A DNA stretch of 61,309 nucleotides, the filler included, from Ferroacidibacillus organovorans (GTDB lineage: Bacteria; Bacillota; Bacilli; Alicyclobacillales; SLC66): assembly GCF_001642725.1 (NCBI RefSeq). It is 3 parts of 3 records of this genome, joined end to end, with 100 filler letters (N's around TTAATTAATTAA, not from the genome) between each part and the next. Parts side by side here need not be neighbours in the genome. Positions count along the whole stretch, not along the records: positions 20,824 to 41,171 come from NZ_LSUQ01000045.1; 2 more parts are not named here. The stretch is one strand, 5' to 3'. Every line of letters starts with the position of its first letter. Position 1 is the stretch's first letter. The notes below the pieces were generated by a model. That model searched no databases and was not told the origin of the DNA. It saw nothing but the letters and a program-made list of their open reading frames with translations. Of this stretch, positions 29,799-39,722 are shown piece after piece. A program made the position numbers and the translations under genes.

Positions 29799-30830
29799 AT
29801 GAATTCGACTCATTTATCCGCGGGATTTAGGAGGTTTGCTGAAAAGGAGTGCAAAGGATCCAGCAGGCTATACGAATTTTTATCCATTGAGATTTCAAGG
29901 GACACTCATTTGCTCGAATTGAGTTCGCACTGTTCCCAGGGTCAGCCTGTTCCCAACTTGTTATTTGCTTCCGTTCATTATCTCCTCTTGTCCGGAGTTG
30001 ATCATGAATTGAAAGCGTTTTATTTAAGTGTCACAGGCAATCCACGTCCCTTTGAAGGATCCTTTCCACCATTCAAAAATTTCTGTCAGAACTACCGAAA
30101 TGAAATGATCCGTCTTCTTCAGAGTAAAATGGTTCAAACCAATGAAATTAGACGATGCACCTATTTTTATCCAAGCTTTTGCTACATCTACAACAAAGTG
30201 CGACGCCCATTATCACTTGTTGAAATAGGAACAAGCGCGGGATTGCAGCTTTTGTGGGACAAATACAGTTACTCATATGGTACGGATAGCGTCTATGGAG
30301 ACCTCAGTTCCAGTGTTCATTTGACTTCAGAATTACGAAGTGGAAATGCACTACCATTATTGCAAAAAACCCCTCCAGTTAAATCGAAGTTCGGAATTGA
30401 TTTACATGTGGTCGACTTATCCAAAAAAGAAGATTATCTATGGCTAAAATCATTGATTTGGCCGGAACACAAAGAACGACTGGAAGTGTTAGAAAAAGCG
30501 GCTCAACTTTTCACTATTAACTCTGTTAACTTAATTGAGGGCGATGGAGTTTCATTACTGCCTCATGTTGTCGAACAAGTACCTGAGGATTCAGCTTTAT
30601 GTATTTTTCATACCCACGTTGCCAATCAAATTCCAGATGAATTAAAGAGAAAACTAATAGATAACATCAAAGCCATCGGTACTAAAAGAGATGTATTTCA
30701 TCTTTACAACAACATCTCAGACGTTGGGAAACTGCATTTAGATTCTTTCATAAACGGAGTAGAATTCAATGAAATCATCGCGGAAACAGACGGACACGGT
30801 CGTTGGTTTGACTGGTATGTAAATATGTAA
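29799..30830 (+). CDS. DUF2332 family protein
   Basis: VQTNEIRR, EIGTSAGL, LIWPEH and DGHGRW motifs. Confidence 0.85.
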   Translation: MNSTHLSAGFRRFAEKECKGSSRLYEFLSIEISRDTHLLELSSHCSQGQPVPNLLFASVHYLLLSGVDHELKAFYLSVTGNPRPFEGSFPPFKNFCQNYRNEMIRLLQSKMVQTNEIRRCTYFYPSFCYIYNKVRRPLSLVEIGTSAGLQLLWDKYSYSYGTDSVYGDLSSSVHLTSELRSGNALPLLQKTPPVKSKFGIDLHVVDLSKKEDYLWLKSLIWPEHKERLEVLEKAAQLFTINSVNLIEGDGVSLLPHVVEQVPEDSALCIFHTHVANQIPDELKRKLIDNIKAIGTKRDVFHLYNNISDVGKLHLDSFINGVEFNEIIAETDGHGRWFDWYVNM

Positions 30831-30962
30831 CGTTTGTTGCTCATACAGGAGTGTAAACGGGCAAGTCCGTCCCAAGAAACCGAAGTACCATGGGCCATCA
30901 GCGACAAGAGCGCGAGGTCGTTTTTCTCTCGCACTCTTATTGCTACCCTTTAAAAGTCCAAG

Positions 30963-31495
30963 TTAGAAACGAACCGGTAGCCCGGTCACGCTGCTTTGCC
31001 ACGCTGCTTCCGTCAAGCGCGCCACCTGATAGCCAGATTCAGCCGTTGCGGCAGCCTCGTGTCTGCGGCCAAGAAGAAGATCGACAAAATCTTCAACAGG
31101 CGTGCGAGTCGGCGGCAATTCTTTTGCTGGTACTTCTACCAAGTCTGCATCCTGCCCTTTAGCGACCCACAGCTTCCCGTTTCGATAGAGCGCAGTTCCA
31201 CGCTCCCCGTGAAACGACACATCCTCATGCCAGCGAATCGAGGCGCTGCCCACCACACTCCAGGTACAGATGGCCCCGCCTTCAAATCGCACCGTCACCG
31301 CCGAGTCGATATCCACGCCGGTACCGCGATTGTCAATCGAGGCATACACCTCCAAAGGCTTCAGACCTGTCGACCACAGCACGACATCGAGCAGATGCGA
31401 ACCTGAGTCATTGAGTTGCCCCCCACACGATAGCTCCGGATCTTGACGCCATGAACCGCGCGTGGCATTGAGCCAGTGCTGTGCCCATATCGACG
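30963..31495 (-). pseudogene. Gfo/Idh/MocA oxidoreductase, C-terminal remnant
   Basis: SWRQDPELSCGGQLNDSGSHLLD..EAAWQS is present, but the NAD-binding N-terminus is missing and there is a stop immediately upstream. Confidence 0.7.
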
Positions 31496-31611
31496 CTCAC
31501 GTGATCAAACCCTCCATCACGGACGTACTGCCTTCTAACCATTCATTAAAAGAAGCACTAGAAAATTCAGGCTTACAGTGTTTGAATAGCAAATCGATTG
31601 TTTTGATTTTA

Positions 31612-31977
31612 TTATGAAAAAGCATTCGACAAATCACCTGACAGCCGGAAAACCATGACGCGTTCTCCAGAACGAGTGCTAAGATCCGTATGAAAACTCA
31701 ATACCTCAAAACCGATAATATTGGAAATCATTTTATTTAAGTCAGCAATACCCGATTCCACCAAGCTAGTTCGATTCCTTTTTATCGATAACAATCCTTC
31801 TTTATCACTGCAAAGGGAATATTCCGCAGGAGTTAAGATGCCGCGCAAGGTAACAATAATCATATCCCGTAAAATATCTGATTTTACAGTCAGAGATCCA
31901 CGTCCAAGATAATCTTTCTCCCATTGTGTTAATGCTCTGCTGATTTCAGACTCGACCATACCTTTTGATTTATTCAT
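31612..31977 (-). CDS. mpsC: DUF2294 / MpsC (YbcI-like) protein
   Basis: WEKDYLGRG, GILTPAE and FHTDLSTRSGE motifs; last gene of the dab operon. Confidence 0.88.
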   Translation of the reverse strand: MNKSKGMVESEISRALTQWEKDYLGRGSLTVKSDILRDMIIVTLRGILTPAEYSLCSDKEGLLSIKRNRTSLVESGIADLNKMISNIIGFEVLSFHTDLSTRSGERVMVFRLSGDLSNAFS

Positions 31978-32031
31978 GAGTATCTTCCTTTGTTATAATC
32001 TTTGATTTAACAGTGACGTTCCTATTTAGAA

Positions 32032-34665
32032 TTAACTCTCCCAGCGCCCTTTCGGATCAATCATCGCAAGCCGAATCCATCCATTTTGAACCTTTTGGCA
32101 GAATGCGGCATCGTGGGCCAGTAATCGCTCCACGTAATGTTCCGGCGCTTCGATGATCACCAGCAATCGCAGAGGCGCGTGATAGAACTCTTCGTCGGAT
32201 TTCATGACGGATTGCCAGGGAAATCCAACTAACAAATCACTTGCGTTCCCCTGCATGACACCAACACCGGCTGTCACTGTTTGTGTGACTTTGTTCCCGC
32301 TACCGTAATAATACGGCGCAACGGTCGACCCATAATACTGTAGATTTATCCACTGAGCCACGGTTGCTGGACCTGCGATAATGTTCGAAAGCAAAGAACC
32401 GTTATCATCCTTTTGCCAGTCATAGGAGTGCAAAAAGACTCTCCCGTCCAAGTCGCACGCTTTGGTCAATTGCCGGGTGCCGATGATAAATGCGGCGTTG
32501 CGTGCCAGACCCCATTCGGGACGTACCTCGCTCCAATCTTCCGCAAAACGCTGCACCTCGATCTTCGGATGTTTAAAACGAAATCCAAGTGATGGTAATC
32601 GCGATAACTGCTCCGCGTTCACGTGTTCACTTACCTTGGGCAACACCCCCCGGATTCCATCAAATGCTTCTTGTGCTGCTTCTGAAAGTTCAGGAACGTA
32701 CAGCCAACGTAATTCATTGAGCGTCGTGATATGCTCGGCGGCTACAAACACCGTATCTTTCGGAATGGATATCCCATCGTTACCAAGTATTTCCCTCACT
32801 TTTGGACTGTTACACAACGTTGCTAAAACTCTGGCATTAAAACCGCCTGATGCCCCGCCACAAGCACCACAGTCTAATGCAGCGGCATAAGGGTTGTTCG
32901 TACTGTGACTCCCATGCCCGCAAATGATTACTAATGGAGAGAAGTTTTTCGTCAACCCCATCATGTTGAGCGCTTGTCGTACATAATACACTTTCTCTTC
33001 CTCAGAAAAACCGATCGGCAAGCCAACTTCCGAGTCCATATAGTCAAGCGACAGTTCCGTAGAAGGTTTTTGCAACCATTCGTGTCTCAGTTTTCTAAAG
33101 GTACGACCAGCTTTACGCGGGAAAAAACTACGAGCCAACATTTGCAGGCTGAGCCATGGACCACTTACCTCTGGTAGCAATAAGCTCGTCAGTACGTTTT
33201 GTTTCATGATTTGAAACGTATGTTTTACCGAGATTACCGTTTGTCGGCGTTGTTCATACTGTCTGAACGCAAATGCAGAAGCAGACTCCTTGATTTTGTG
33301 TTGTGGTTTAAGCATTACCGGTAAGGACGCGTGGCTGTGAGAACTGCCAAGTTTACATGTCTCAATTGGCAATCCGAAAAAGCCAGCAACGCCAAACGTC
33401 TCAAATGGACCCGCTTTTTCCAGTGCTCGACGAAAGGGCTCTGAACGCGTGTCAATACAAAATGCGACTTGTACCAACACAGGCGTTTCCGCATGGGATA
33501 TGGACTGTTTCGATGTAATCATTGCTTTCAGTCGCTCTTCGTACGTTTCTTCCCAGGCTTCGAGCCAAATCCTGCGACGAAGAAATTCATCAAAATAAAC
33601 AGCAAGAGTTAAGTATGCTTGTTGCTGTGAAGCAGATAAATGTGACCAAGCTTCAAGCGGCAAGTCGCCCCAATGTGCCCATGCCGCAATCAGTCGAACA
33701 TGAAGCGATTGGTCTTCAGACTGTTGTTCAGGTAAGGGCAAATAAGGTTTGATTAAAGCCCATTCCAGCGTAATTCGAACAGCCAAATACTCGATTAGCA
33801 GTGACTCCTCTTCAGGCGTTTGCTGCGAACGCCACAGCATCATCCCAGCCCACCCTGGCAAGGACAACAAATGCGCCTCAAGATAGTGCTGAATTTGACA
33901 CGGAGAGATTTCAAGCGCTGCCAACGCTTCCATTAAAGCATCGATTGCCTCTCTCGGACATTTTTTTAGCAGTTGATGCTGCGAATGATTCAGCGCCGGA
34001 TCGTATTGCACAAGTCGGTGCCAAGCTCGATAGAAACCTTCCTCGCGACTTGGGAGTGACCAAGCTGTGTGCGATCCGTCTAAAAACAACTTGCACCACT
34101 TGATCACGTGGCGGTCTAAGTCTCGAGCCAGTTTCACACCGGTCTGTTGTTCCATGCGAAAACTTAGTGTTTGCAGCGAATGTTGCTGTTTAATTGGTAA
34201 ATCGATAACACTCAGTTTTCCTATTAGATTTTTTAGTTCAGGTGCTTCTAAAAGCACAGAAGGGAGATCATCCAACTCCAGCGCAGCCCGACAGAAACGT
34301 TCTGCAACATCACGTGGCAATTGCAAGGATTGTGAATCAAGCCAGCGTTGCAGCCCTTTATCAAGCAACTTCGGATCAATTTCACCCCGATTCATCGCGT
34401 CCCTCAATAACGAAACCCCAGGATAGATATCCACGTCACGGATATCTTTGAGCCAGCGCGCGACTTCGTCAAAGAATTGGTTTTCAAGCCCCATCCAGGG
34501 ACTCCTTGCCGCAAACTCGGAAATCGGTCCAAGCGGCGCAATAACCCTGCTGGCTAAACTCACCAAATTAGGAATGTCACTGGTCGAAACAAGATCAAGA
34601 ACATCAGGTATTTCCATTTCCTGTTTTAAACCAAGTTGTTCTGAGAATGTCAATGTTCCATCCAT
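32032..34665 (-). CDS. dabA: DAB inorganic carbon transporter subunit DabA (MpsB, DUF2309)
   Basis: Zn ligands in FCIDTRSE, CGHGS and LDCGACGG; also RPEWGLA and QWINLQYY. Confidence 0.95.
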   Translation of the reverse strand: MDGTLTFSEQLGLKQEMEIPDVLDLVSTSDIPNLVSLASRVIAPLGPISEFAARSPWMGLENQFFDEVARWLKDIRDVDIYPGVSLLRDAMNRGEIDPKLLDKGLQRWLDSQSLQLPRDVAERFCRAALELDDLPSVLLEAPELKNLIGKLSVIDLPIKQQHSLQTLSFRMEQQTGVKLARDLDRHVIKWCKLFLDGSHTAWSLPSREEGFYRAWHRLVQYDPALNHSQHQLLKKCPREAIDALMEALAALEISPCQIQHYLEAHLLSLPGWAGMMLWRSQQTPEEESLLIEYLAVRITLEWALIKPYLPLPEQQSEDQSLHVRLIAAWAHWGDLPLEAWSHLSASQQQAYLTLAVYFDEFLRRRIWLEAWEETYEERLKAMITSKQSISHAETPVLVQVAFCIDTRSEPFRRALEKAGPFETFGVAGFFGLPIETCKLGSSHSHASLPVMLKPQHKIKESASAFAFRQYEQRRQTVISVKHTFQIMKQNVLTSLLLPEVSGPWLSLQMLARSFFPRKAGRTFRKLRHEWLQKPSTELSLDYMDSEVGLPIGFSEEEKVYYVRQALNMMGLTKNFSPLVIICGHGSHSTNNPYAAALDCGACGGASGGFNARVLATLCNSPKVREILGNDGISIPKDTVFVAAEHITTLNELRWLYVPELSEAAQEAFDGIRGVLPKVSEHVNAEQLSRLPSLGFRFKHPKIEVQRFAEDWSEVRPEWGLARNAAFIIGTRQLTKACDLDGRVFLHSYDWQKDDNGSLLSNIIAGPATVAQWINLQYYGSTVAPYYYGSGNKVTQTVTAGVGVMQGNASDLLVGFPWQSVMKSDEEFYHAPLRLLVIIEAPEHYVERLLAHDAAFCQKVQNGWIRLAMIDPKGRWES

Positions 34666-36170
34666 CGTGTTTCACCTCCTAAAGTACTGCGCAGCTGTAG
34701 ATACTCCGGATGACTTTCAACCGAGTCGCGATGGGGTTCTCCAAATCGTACGAGCCACAGATACACAATAGCGTAGAAAGTAGACGATGGATGGCGAGAT
34801 AACCACGCCCCCGTCACACTACCGATCAATAAGATGAATAAAACTAAAATGATGACGGATAGATGCGGTTGGATTCCTCCTTGCGGAACGGTTCCGTGCA
34901 AAAGCACATAGAAAGTGGTAAGAACGATGCCGAAGACAATTAGCATTCCTGTAAATACGAAAAATCCCGCAAAACGCCTAATACGTCCGTAACCCATTGC
35001 CACAAGATGTGACCAAGCAAAAGACACAGACCATCCCAGGAGCAGTGCACTGATCATATCGTAGCCTTTGCCATTGACAATGAACCAAAACCCAATTCCT
35101 ACAAGAAGTCCTAAAATGCCACCGATCATTCGCCATAATTGTGAAGTTGTCTTGGGAGCTACTTGCTCGTTGTGATGTACAGCAGAACCAGCTTGCAAGA
35201 AAAGGGCAGATTTGAACAGTCCATGTAAGACAGCGTGAATAATGGCTGCCAAATAAGCACCTAATGCGCATTGAATTAGCATGAACCCCATCTGCGCGAT
35301 CGTTGATCCCACTAATTGGCGTTTGTAATCCACTTGGACCAAGATCGTTCCGGTTCCAAGCAATACTGAAAAACCGGAGAGCACAATCAAAACAATTTGG
35401 GCTAAATCACCGCTGAAAACGGGAGCAAAACGCGTCAGGATCATTCCGCCTGCATTCACGACACCCGCATGCATTACTGCTGAAATTGGCGTTGGAGCAA
35501 CGACCAAATCTAACAACCAGCGTTGGAAAGGAAATTGGGCTGCTGGAATGACAACTGCGGTAACCAACAGCAAGGATACTCCCGTTCTGCCCCACGAGCC
35601 CAGTTGCGCCAGACTGGCTTTGGTAAGCACAAGTGAAAACTGCCAGTGTCCAGTCGCCATCGAAAGCCAGGTTATCGCGATCAACAAAATGAGCCAACTG
35701 AGTGCAAATAATCGACCAGCGCGCACAGCTGCAGTCCTTGCTACCTGCCAATCCCGATTCAACCGTATGAGCCACGTCAACCCCAAAAGTGTAACTCCCC
35801 AACATGCAAGCAGAAGGCGAAGATCGTTGCTTAGCCAGGCAACCGATGCGGAACCCGTAGTCAGTGTTAAGAGCGCAAAATATTGTCGATAATTTCGATC
35901 ACCAAGTAATTGGTGAACCGAATAACGTTGTACGACGAAACCGATCGTAAGGACGAAAAACGCTGTCAACCAAGCCAAGGGATCAAGATGCCACGGACCA
36001 TAAATTCGACTCGTGCTCTTCATCACAAGATTCAACAGTGCAATCAACGGAGGCAGCCCACTCACGCCAACGTGAATACGGACAAAATGCAGGGGAACAC
36101 GCGGATGCAATAGGACCACAGCGCTCAACGCCAATATCGAAAGGGAAAAGAAAAATGTTGTAACGAACAT
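34650..36170 (-). CDS. dabB: DAB membrane subunit DabB (MpsA, NdhF/NuoL-like)
   Basis: AQFPFQRWL, APTPISAVMHAG, STIAQMG and HGLFKSALFL motifs; overlaps the dabA start. Confidence 0.93.
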   Translation of the reverse strand: MFVTTFFFSLSILALSAVVLLHPRVPLHFVRIHVGVSGLPPLIALLNLVMKSTSRIYGPWHLDPLAWLTAFFVLTIGFVVQRYSVHQLLGDRNYRQYFALLTLTTGSASVAWLSNDLRLLLACWGVTLLGLTWLIRLNRDWQVARTAAVRAGRLFALSWLILLIAITWLSMATGHWQFSLVLTKASLAQLGSWGRTGVSLLLVTAVVIPAAQFPFQRWLLDLVVAPTPISAVMHAGVVNAGGMILTRFAPVFSGDLAQIVLIVLSGFSVLLGTGTILVQVDYKRQLVGSTIAQMGFMLIQCALGAYLAAIIHAVLHGLFKSALFLQAGSAVHHNEQVAPKTTSQLWRMIGGILGLLVGIGFWFIVNGKGYDMISALLLGWSVSFAWSHLVAMGYGRIRRFAGFFVFTGMLIVFGIVLTTFYVLLHGTVPQGGIQPHLSVIILVLFILLIGSVTGAWLSRHPSSTFYAIVYLWLVRFGEPHRDSVESHPEYLQLRSTLGGETRWMEH

Positions 36171-36225
36171 CCCGTCCCCCCTATTCTAGGATTGAAATCG
36201 ACAGATTTTATTCTGTCCACAAGCA

Positions 36226-36293
36226 TAAAAAACCGACAAATCCAAAAGGTAATGGTCTTATCGTGACCATTACGCCTTGAAAATTGTCGGTTT
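36226..36293 (-). terminator. Leader terminator/attenuator hairpin upstream of dabB
   Basis: Outer stem AAACCGACAA/TTGTCGGTTT and inner stem GTAATGGTC/GACCATTAC, ending in U6, between the promoter and start codon. Confidence 0.7.
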
Positions 36294-36360
36294 ACTATCA
36301 ACTAACCAAATTGGCTTTTTGAAAAGTCTACCAAGATATCATGTTTAATTTTTCGTTTAC

Positions 36361-36389
36361 ATTTTACTCGTTATCAAGTATGCCGTCAA
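36361..36389 (-). promoter_or_regulatory. Sigma-A promoter of dabB-dabA-mpsC
   Basis: TTGACG-N17-TAAAAT. Confidence 0.75.
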
Positions 36390-36530
36390 GTTGGGCAGCT
36401 TGATCGTAATGATTCGGGGGTTTTGTTCACCATTTACATGAGACTGCATGATATGCGAAAGTCTCATCCAATCACCTCTCCTTCGTATTCTGAGAGCCTC
36501 GCGTGATATCGCTTCTACATATCGGCAGAT

Positions 36531-37976
36531 TTATCCGTGCACCGCCGAGAATCCCGGAACGCCGTCAAAGAGGTACAGGTTCTCCGTCTTGATGTTGTCA
36601 AAGCATGATTCCGTCACACGCTTGAGCAGTTCTACCACATGACCGGGCGCTATGACCTGTCCTTCATTGCTCAGAAACCGACATCGCCAGTGATCCGTGC
36701 AAAATGTCTCGGGCAATCCGTTCGGCCAAACCTTTACGCCGCGATTCGTAATGACCTGCAATTGCAACGACTCCATGGATACCTGGCTGAGCGCACTACC
36801 CAAGTCGTCAGGGGAACCCTGTTCCCAATCCAGGAACACATCAACGCCCACGAGACGCTTTTCCGCCTTCTTGTGATGACCGTTCTTTTGCCATAGTGAC
36901 AAAGAATGCGACACCTCGTAAGAGACAGGCGTGAGCACGCTCGGCACGTCTCCCAGGCGACGGATAACTGCGGCGGCGAACTCGGCGGTGCCGGCCTTCT
37001 GCCGGCTGACCCCTTCCTTGAAAATATCGTACGTATGAATGCCGTCTTCTATCGTCTTCAACCAAGCGTTATGCACCCGCGCGGCGACCTCAGACTGTCC
37101 GATATGGACCAGCATCATGACCGCCGCAAGCAGCAGGCCCGACGGATTCGCGAGGTTTTGTCCCGCTCGTCGTGGAGCGGACCCATGAATGGCTTCGAAC
37201 ATGGCGCACTGCTCCCCAATATTGGACGACCCCGCCAGCCCCACCGATCCGGCAATCTGCGCCGCCACGTCGGACAGCACATCGCCATACAGGTTCGGCA
37301 TGACGATGACATCGAAGTGTTCCGGCGTATCCGCCAGCTTGGCCGCACCAATGTCGACAATCCACAATTCATTTTCGATATCAGGATACGCTGCGGCCGT
37401 CTCATCGAATACCTTGTGGAACAGCCCGTCGGTAAGTTTCATGATGTTGTCCTTGACGAAGCACGTAACCTTCTTACGACCGTTGGCACGTGCATATTCG
37501 AACGCATAGCGGATGACCTTTTCCGATCCCGGACGTGTGATGAGCTTCAGGCACTGGTACACCTGATCTGTCTGCCGATGCTCGATGCCAGCATACAGAT
37601 CTTCTTCGTTCTCGCGGATGATCACCACGTTCATGACCGGGTGCTTCGTGTGGACAAACGGGGAGTACGACACGCTTGGGCGGACGTTGGCATACAGTCC
37701 TAAGGCCTTGCGCGTCGTGACGTTCAGACTCTTGTATCCACCGCCCTGGGGCGTCGTAATCGGTGCCTTGAGAAACACCTTTGTCCGCCGCAACAATTCC
37801 CACGCATTCGGATCCATTCCCGTTTCAATGCCACGCAGATACACCTTTTCACCAATTTCAACCGTTTCGATCTCAATATTGGCCCCCGCTGTCTGAATGA
37901 TGTCCAGCGTGGCTTTCATAATTTCAGGTCCGATACCGTCCCCGTAGGCAACCGCGATAGGGATTCGTTGCGTCAT
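36531..37976 (-). CDS. icd: NADP-dependent isocitrate dehydrogenase with C-terminal extension
   Basis: GDGIGPE, KAPITTP..SLNV, RENEEDLY, KDNIMK, NLYGD and FEAIHGSAP motifs; ORF open to 38003. Confidence 0.92.
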   Translation of the reverse strand: MTQRIPIAVAYGDGIGPEIMKATLDIIQTAGANIEIETVEIGEKVYLRGIETGMDPNAWELLRRTKVFLKAPITTPQGGGYKSLNVTTRKALGLYANVRPSVSYSPFVHTKHPVMNVVIIRENEEDLYAGIEHRQTDQVYQCLKLITRPGSEKVIRYAFEYARANGRKKVTCFVKDNIMKLTDGLFHKVFDETAAAYPDIENELWIVDIGAAKLADTPEHFDVIVMPNLYGDVLSDVAAQIAGSVGLAGSSNIGEQCAMFEAIHGSAPRRAGQNLANPSGLLLAAVMMLVHIGQSEVAARVHNAWLKTIEDGIHTYDIFKEGVSRQKAGTAEFAAAVIRRLGDVPSVLTPVSYEVSHSLSLWQKNGHHKKAEKRLVGVDVFLDWEQGSPDDLGSALSQVSMESLQLQVITNRGVKVWPNGLPETFCTDHWRCRFLSNEGQVIAPGHVVELLKRVTESCFDNIKTENLYLFDGVPGFSAVHG

Positions 37977-38263
37977 GATCTCATTCTCCATTCTTCTACC
38001 CATATTTTGTTTGGACTATTCGAATTGATCAGAAATATTCGAGCACAAATAGACTCCGGTATCGTGGTTGCTCTCGCAGCAGATGCAACGGTTCCACCAC
38101 GTCACACGACCCGTAATGAGCAAAAACTCTCCTTCTTCTTGAATTCCTATCGTAGCCGCCGGTCTTCATCCCCCAAGAGAACAGGCAACCAGCGCGAGTC
38201 TGCCAGCAGGACAGAAGGTTTGATCAGGCAATTTACGAGGACCCTGTCACCCCGTGGACGTAT

Positions 38264-39136
38264 CTATGGATTGCACCAGGAGCAATCTCCGGCAGAAGCG
38301 ACGCTTAACCCATCAGACCGGGGAACGTTCTCGCGGTATTCGCAATGCGGGCAGCCGTGAATCTCCATGCAGATCAATTCCGTTTTAGCGCCACACCATT
38401 CGCACGGTAGCCCCCTGACGACATCCACCAAGCCCCATCCTGGCGTTTGGCATTCCGGACAGAGTGCCGCAAGCCGGCGACCGAGCTGCACCACAACCTC
38501 ACGGAGCACCTGCTGTCGTGTCGGATTCATATGCGCACGCATATCCGTCTCCACATGCGCAAGACCGTCCTGCGAGGCATGTGCGCATCGCTCCAAGGCT
38601 TCCTTCAGTGTCTCCACCTTCGTAATTCCTTTGAACAAGAGTCCCGGTTGTAATCCGGTGTTCGGTCTGACGATCAGTCCGTGCGATGGAAAGCATGCCC
38701 GTGTGAGAAATTCCTTCAAATCTTCAAACGTTCTAGCCGCATCCTGCGCATAGTTTGTCTTGCGACTGAGGATCTGTTCCACAATCTCAATGCCCATGTC
38801 ATCATCAATGAATGCCAGAAGTTCATGATCCGCAGGAATAAATAGCAACCGGGGGTCAGGACCGAAGCTCCCCTCACTCGCTAGGCCCAATGTCATTCCG
38901 GCGGCATTCATTCCCAAACGCGCCTTACGCAGGACCACTTCCCGAGGAGTGCCGTGACGCTCCACTTCGCCGCTGAACGTTCCGAGAAGATCCGTGTCCA
39001 AGCCACTCGGCACATGCAATGAAAGTCCGATCGCCTTTCGTAAAGGCTCTCCGAACACCCGCTCTTTCAGGTGTTTTGTAGCCAAAGCAGCCTCGCGTCC
39101 TTGATAGGGATGATCCCCCCTTTGTCGTTCGTTCAT
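38264..39136 (-). CDS. DUF6671-like protein with C-terminal Cys pairs
   Basis: LATKHLKE, TDLLGTFSGEVER, ASEGSFGP and ETDMRAHMNPTR motifs; four CxxC pairs. Confidence 0.75.
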   Translation of the reverse strand: MNERQRGDHPYQGREAALATKHLKERVFGEPLRKAIGLSLHVPSGLDTDLLGTFSGEVERHGTPREVVLRKARLGMNAAGMTLGLASEGSFGPDPRLLFIPADHELLAFIDDDMGIEIVEQILSRKTNYAQDAARTFEDLKEFLTRACFPSHGLIVRPNTGLQPGLLFKGITKVETLKEALERCAHASQDGLAHVETDMRAHMNPTRQQVLREVVVQLGRRLAALCPECQTPGWGLVDVVRGLPCEWCGAKTELICMEIHGCPHCEYRENVPRSDGLSVASAGDCSWCNP

Positions 39137-39277
39137 ATCCGAAAACCCCTTCTCTACAGTCGTCTCATGAGGGTACGTACTCTTTTGGAGGTCGTCAGAT
39201 TCCAGTCATACGCCTGAGCCACCCCGAGCACAGCCATTTACCCAAGAGATTTCACGCCTTATATAATTAGTGTATTT

Positions 39278-39306
39278 ATTATCACGAATTATAAGTCGTA
39301 TGTCAA
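39278..39306 (-). promoter_or_regulatory. Sigma-A promoter of the DUF6671 gene with an operator palindrome in the spacer
   Basis: TTGACA-N17-GATAAT; the spacer contains ACGAATTATAAGTCGT (39284-39299, 14/16 palindromic). Confidence 0.65.
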
Positions 39307-39371
39307 CACATATCGATCCATGCACACGCTTGGACAGCGCGCGGGTAAATGTAAATTGACACGGTGATCTA

Positions 39372-39650
39372 CTAATCCGGCATCGCAAGCAATTCTAGGA
39401 GATCTTTGATGGCACGCCCGCTTTGCGCGGGATGACGCATAGGCAATTCCGGATGAATCTCGTAACGGTTCTTCCGCCCCTCCCGGAAGCGGCTGATATA
39501 TCCGGCACCTTCAAGATCATCAAGAATACGCTGTACCGCCCGCTCCGTGATGCCGACGATCTCCGCAATCTCCCTGGCGGTCAAGCGGCCGTTACGAACA
39601 ACACACAGCAGAACCTGCGAATGATTGGTGAGAAATGTCCACTCTGCCAT
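39372..39650 (-). CDS. Small winged-helix transcriptional regulator
   Basis: WTFLTNH, TAREIAEIVGITERAVQRIL and REGRKNRY motifs; GGAGG RBS. Confidence 0.85.
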   Translation of the reverse strand: MAEWTFLTNHSQVLLCVVRNGRLTAREIAEIVGITERAVQRILDDLEGAGYISRFREGRKNRYEIHPELPMRHPAQSGRAIKDLLELLAMPD

Positions 39651-39722
39651 GGCCGATGCCTCCAAGTGTCACTAAATTGATAACTTCCGTTTCATGATAT
39701 ACCAGTCCGAGGTGATACAGCC

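Noticed and set aside
36906..37703. Long antisense ORFs (for example opposite icd, the aldolase and oppF)
   Set aside because: These are shadow ORFs of GC-rich coding strands with no independent motifs.
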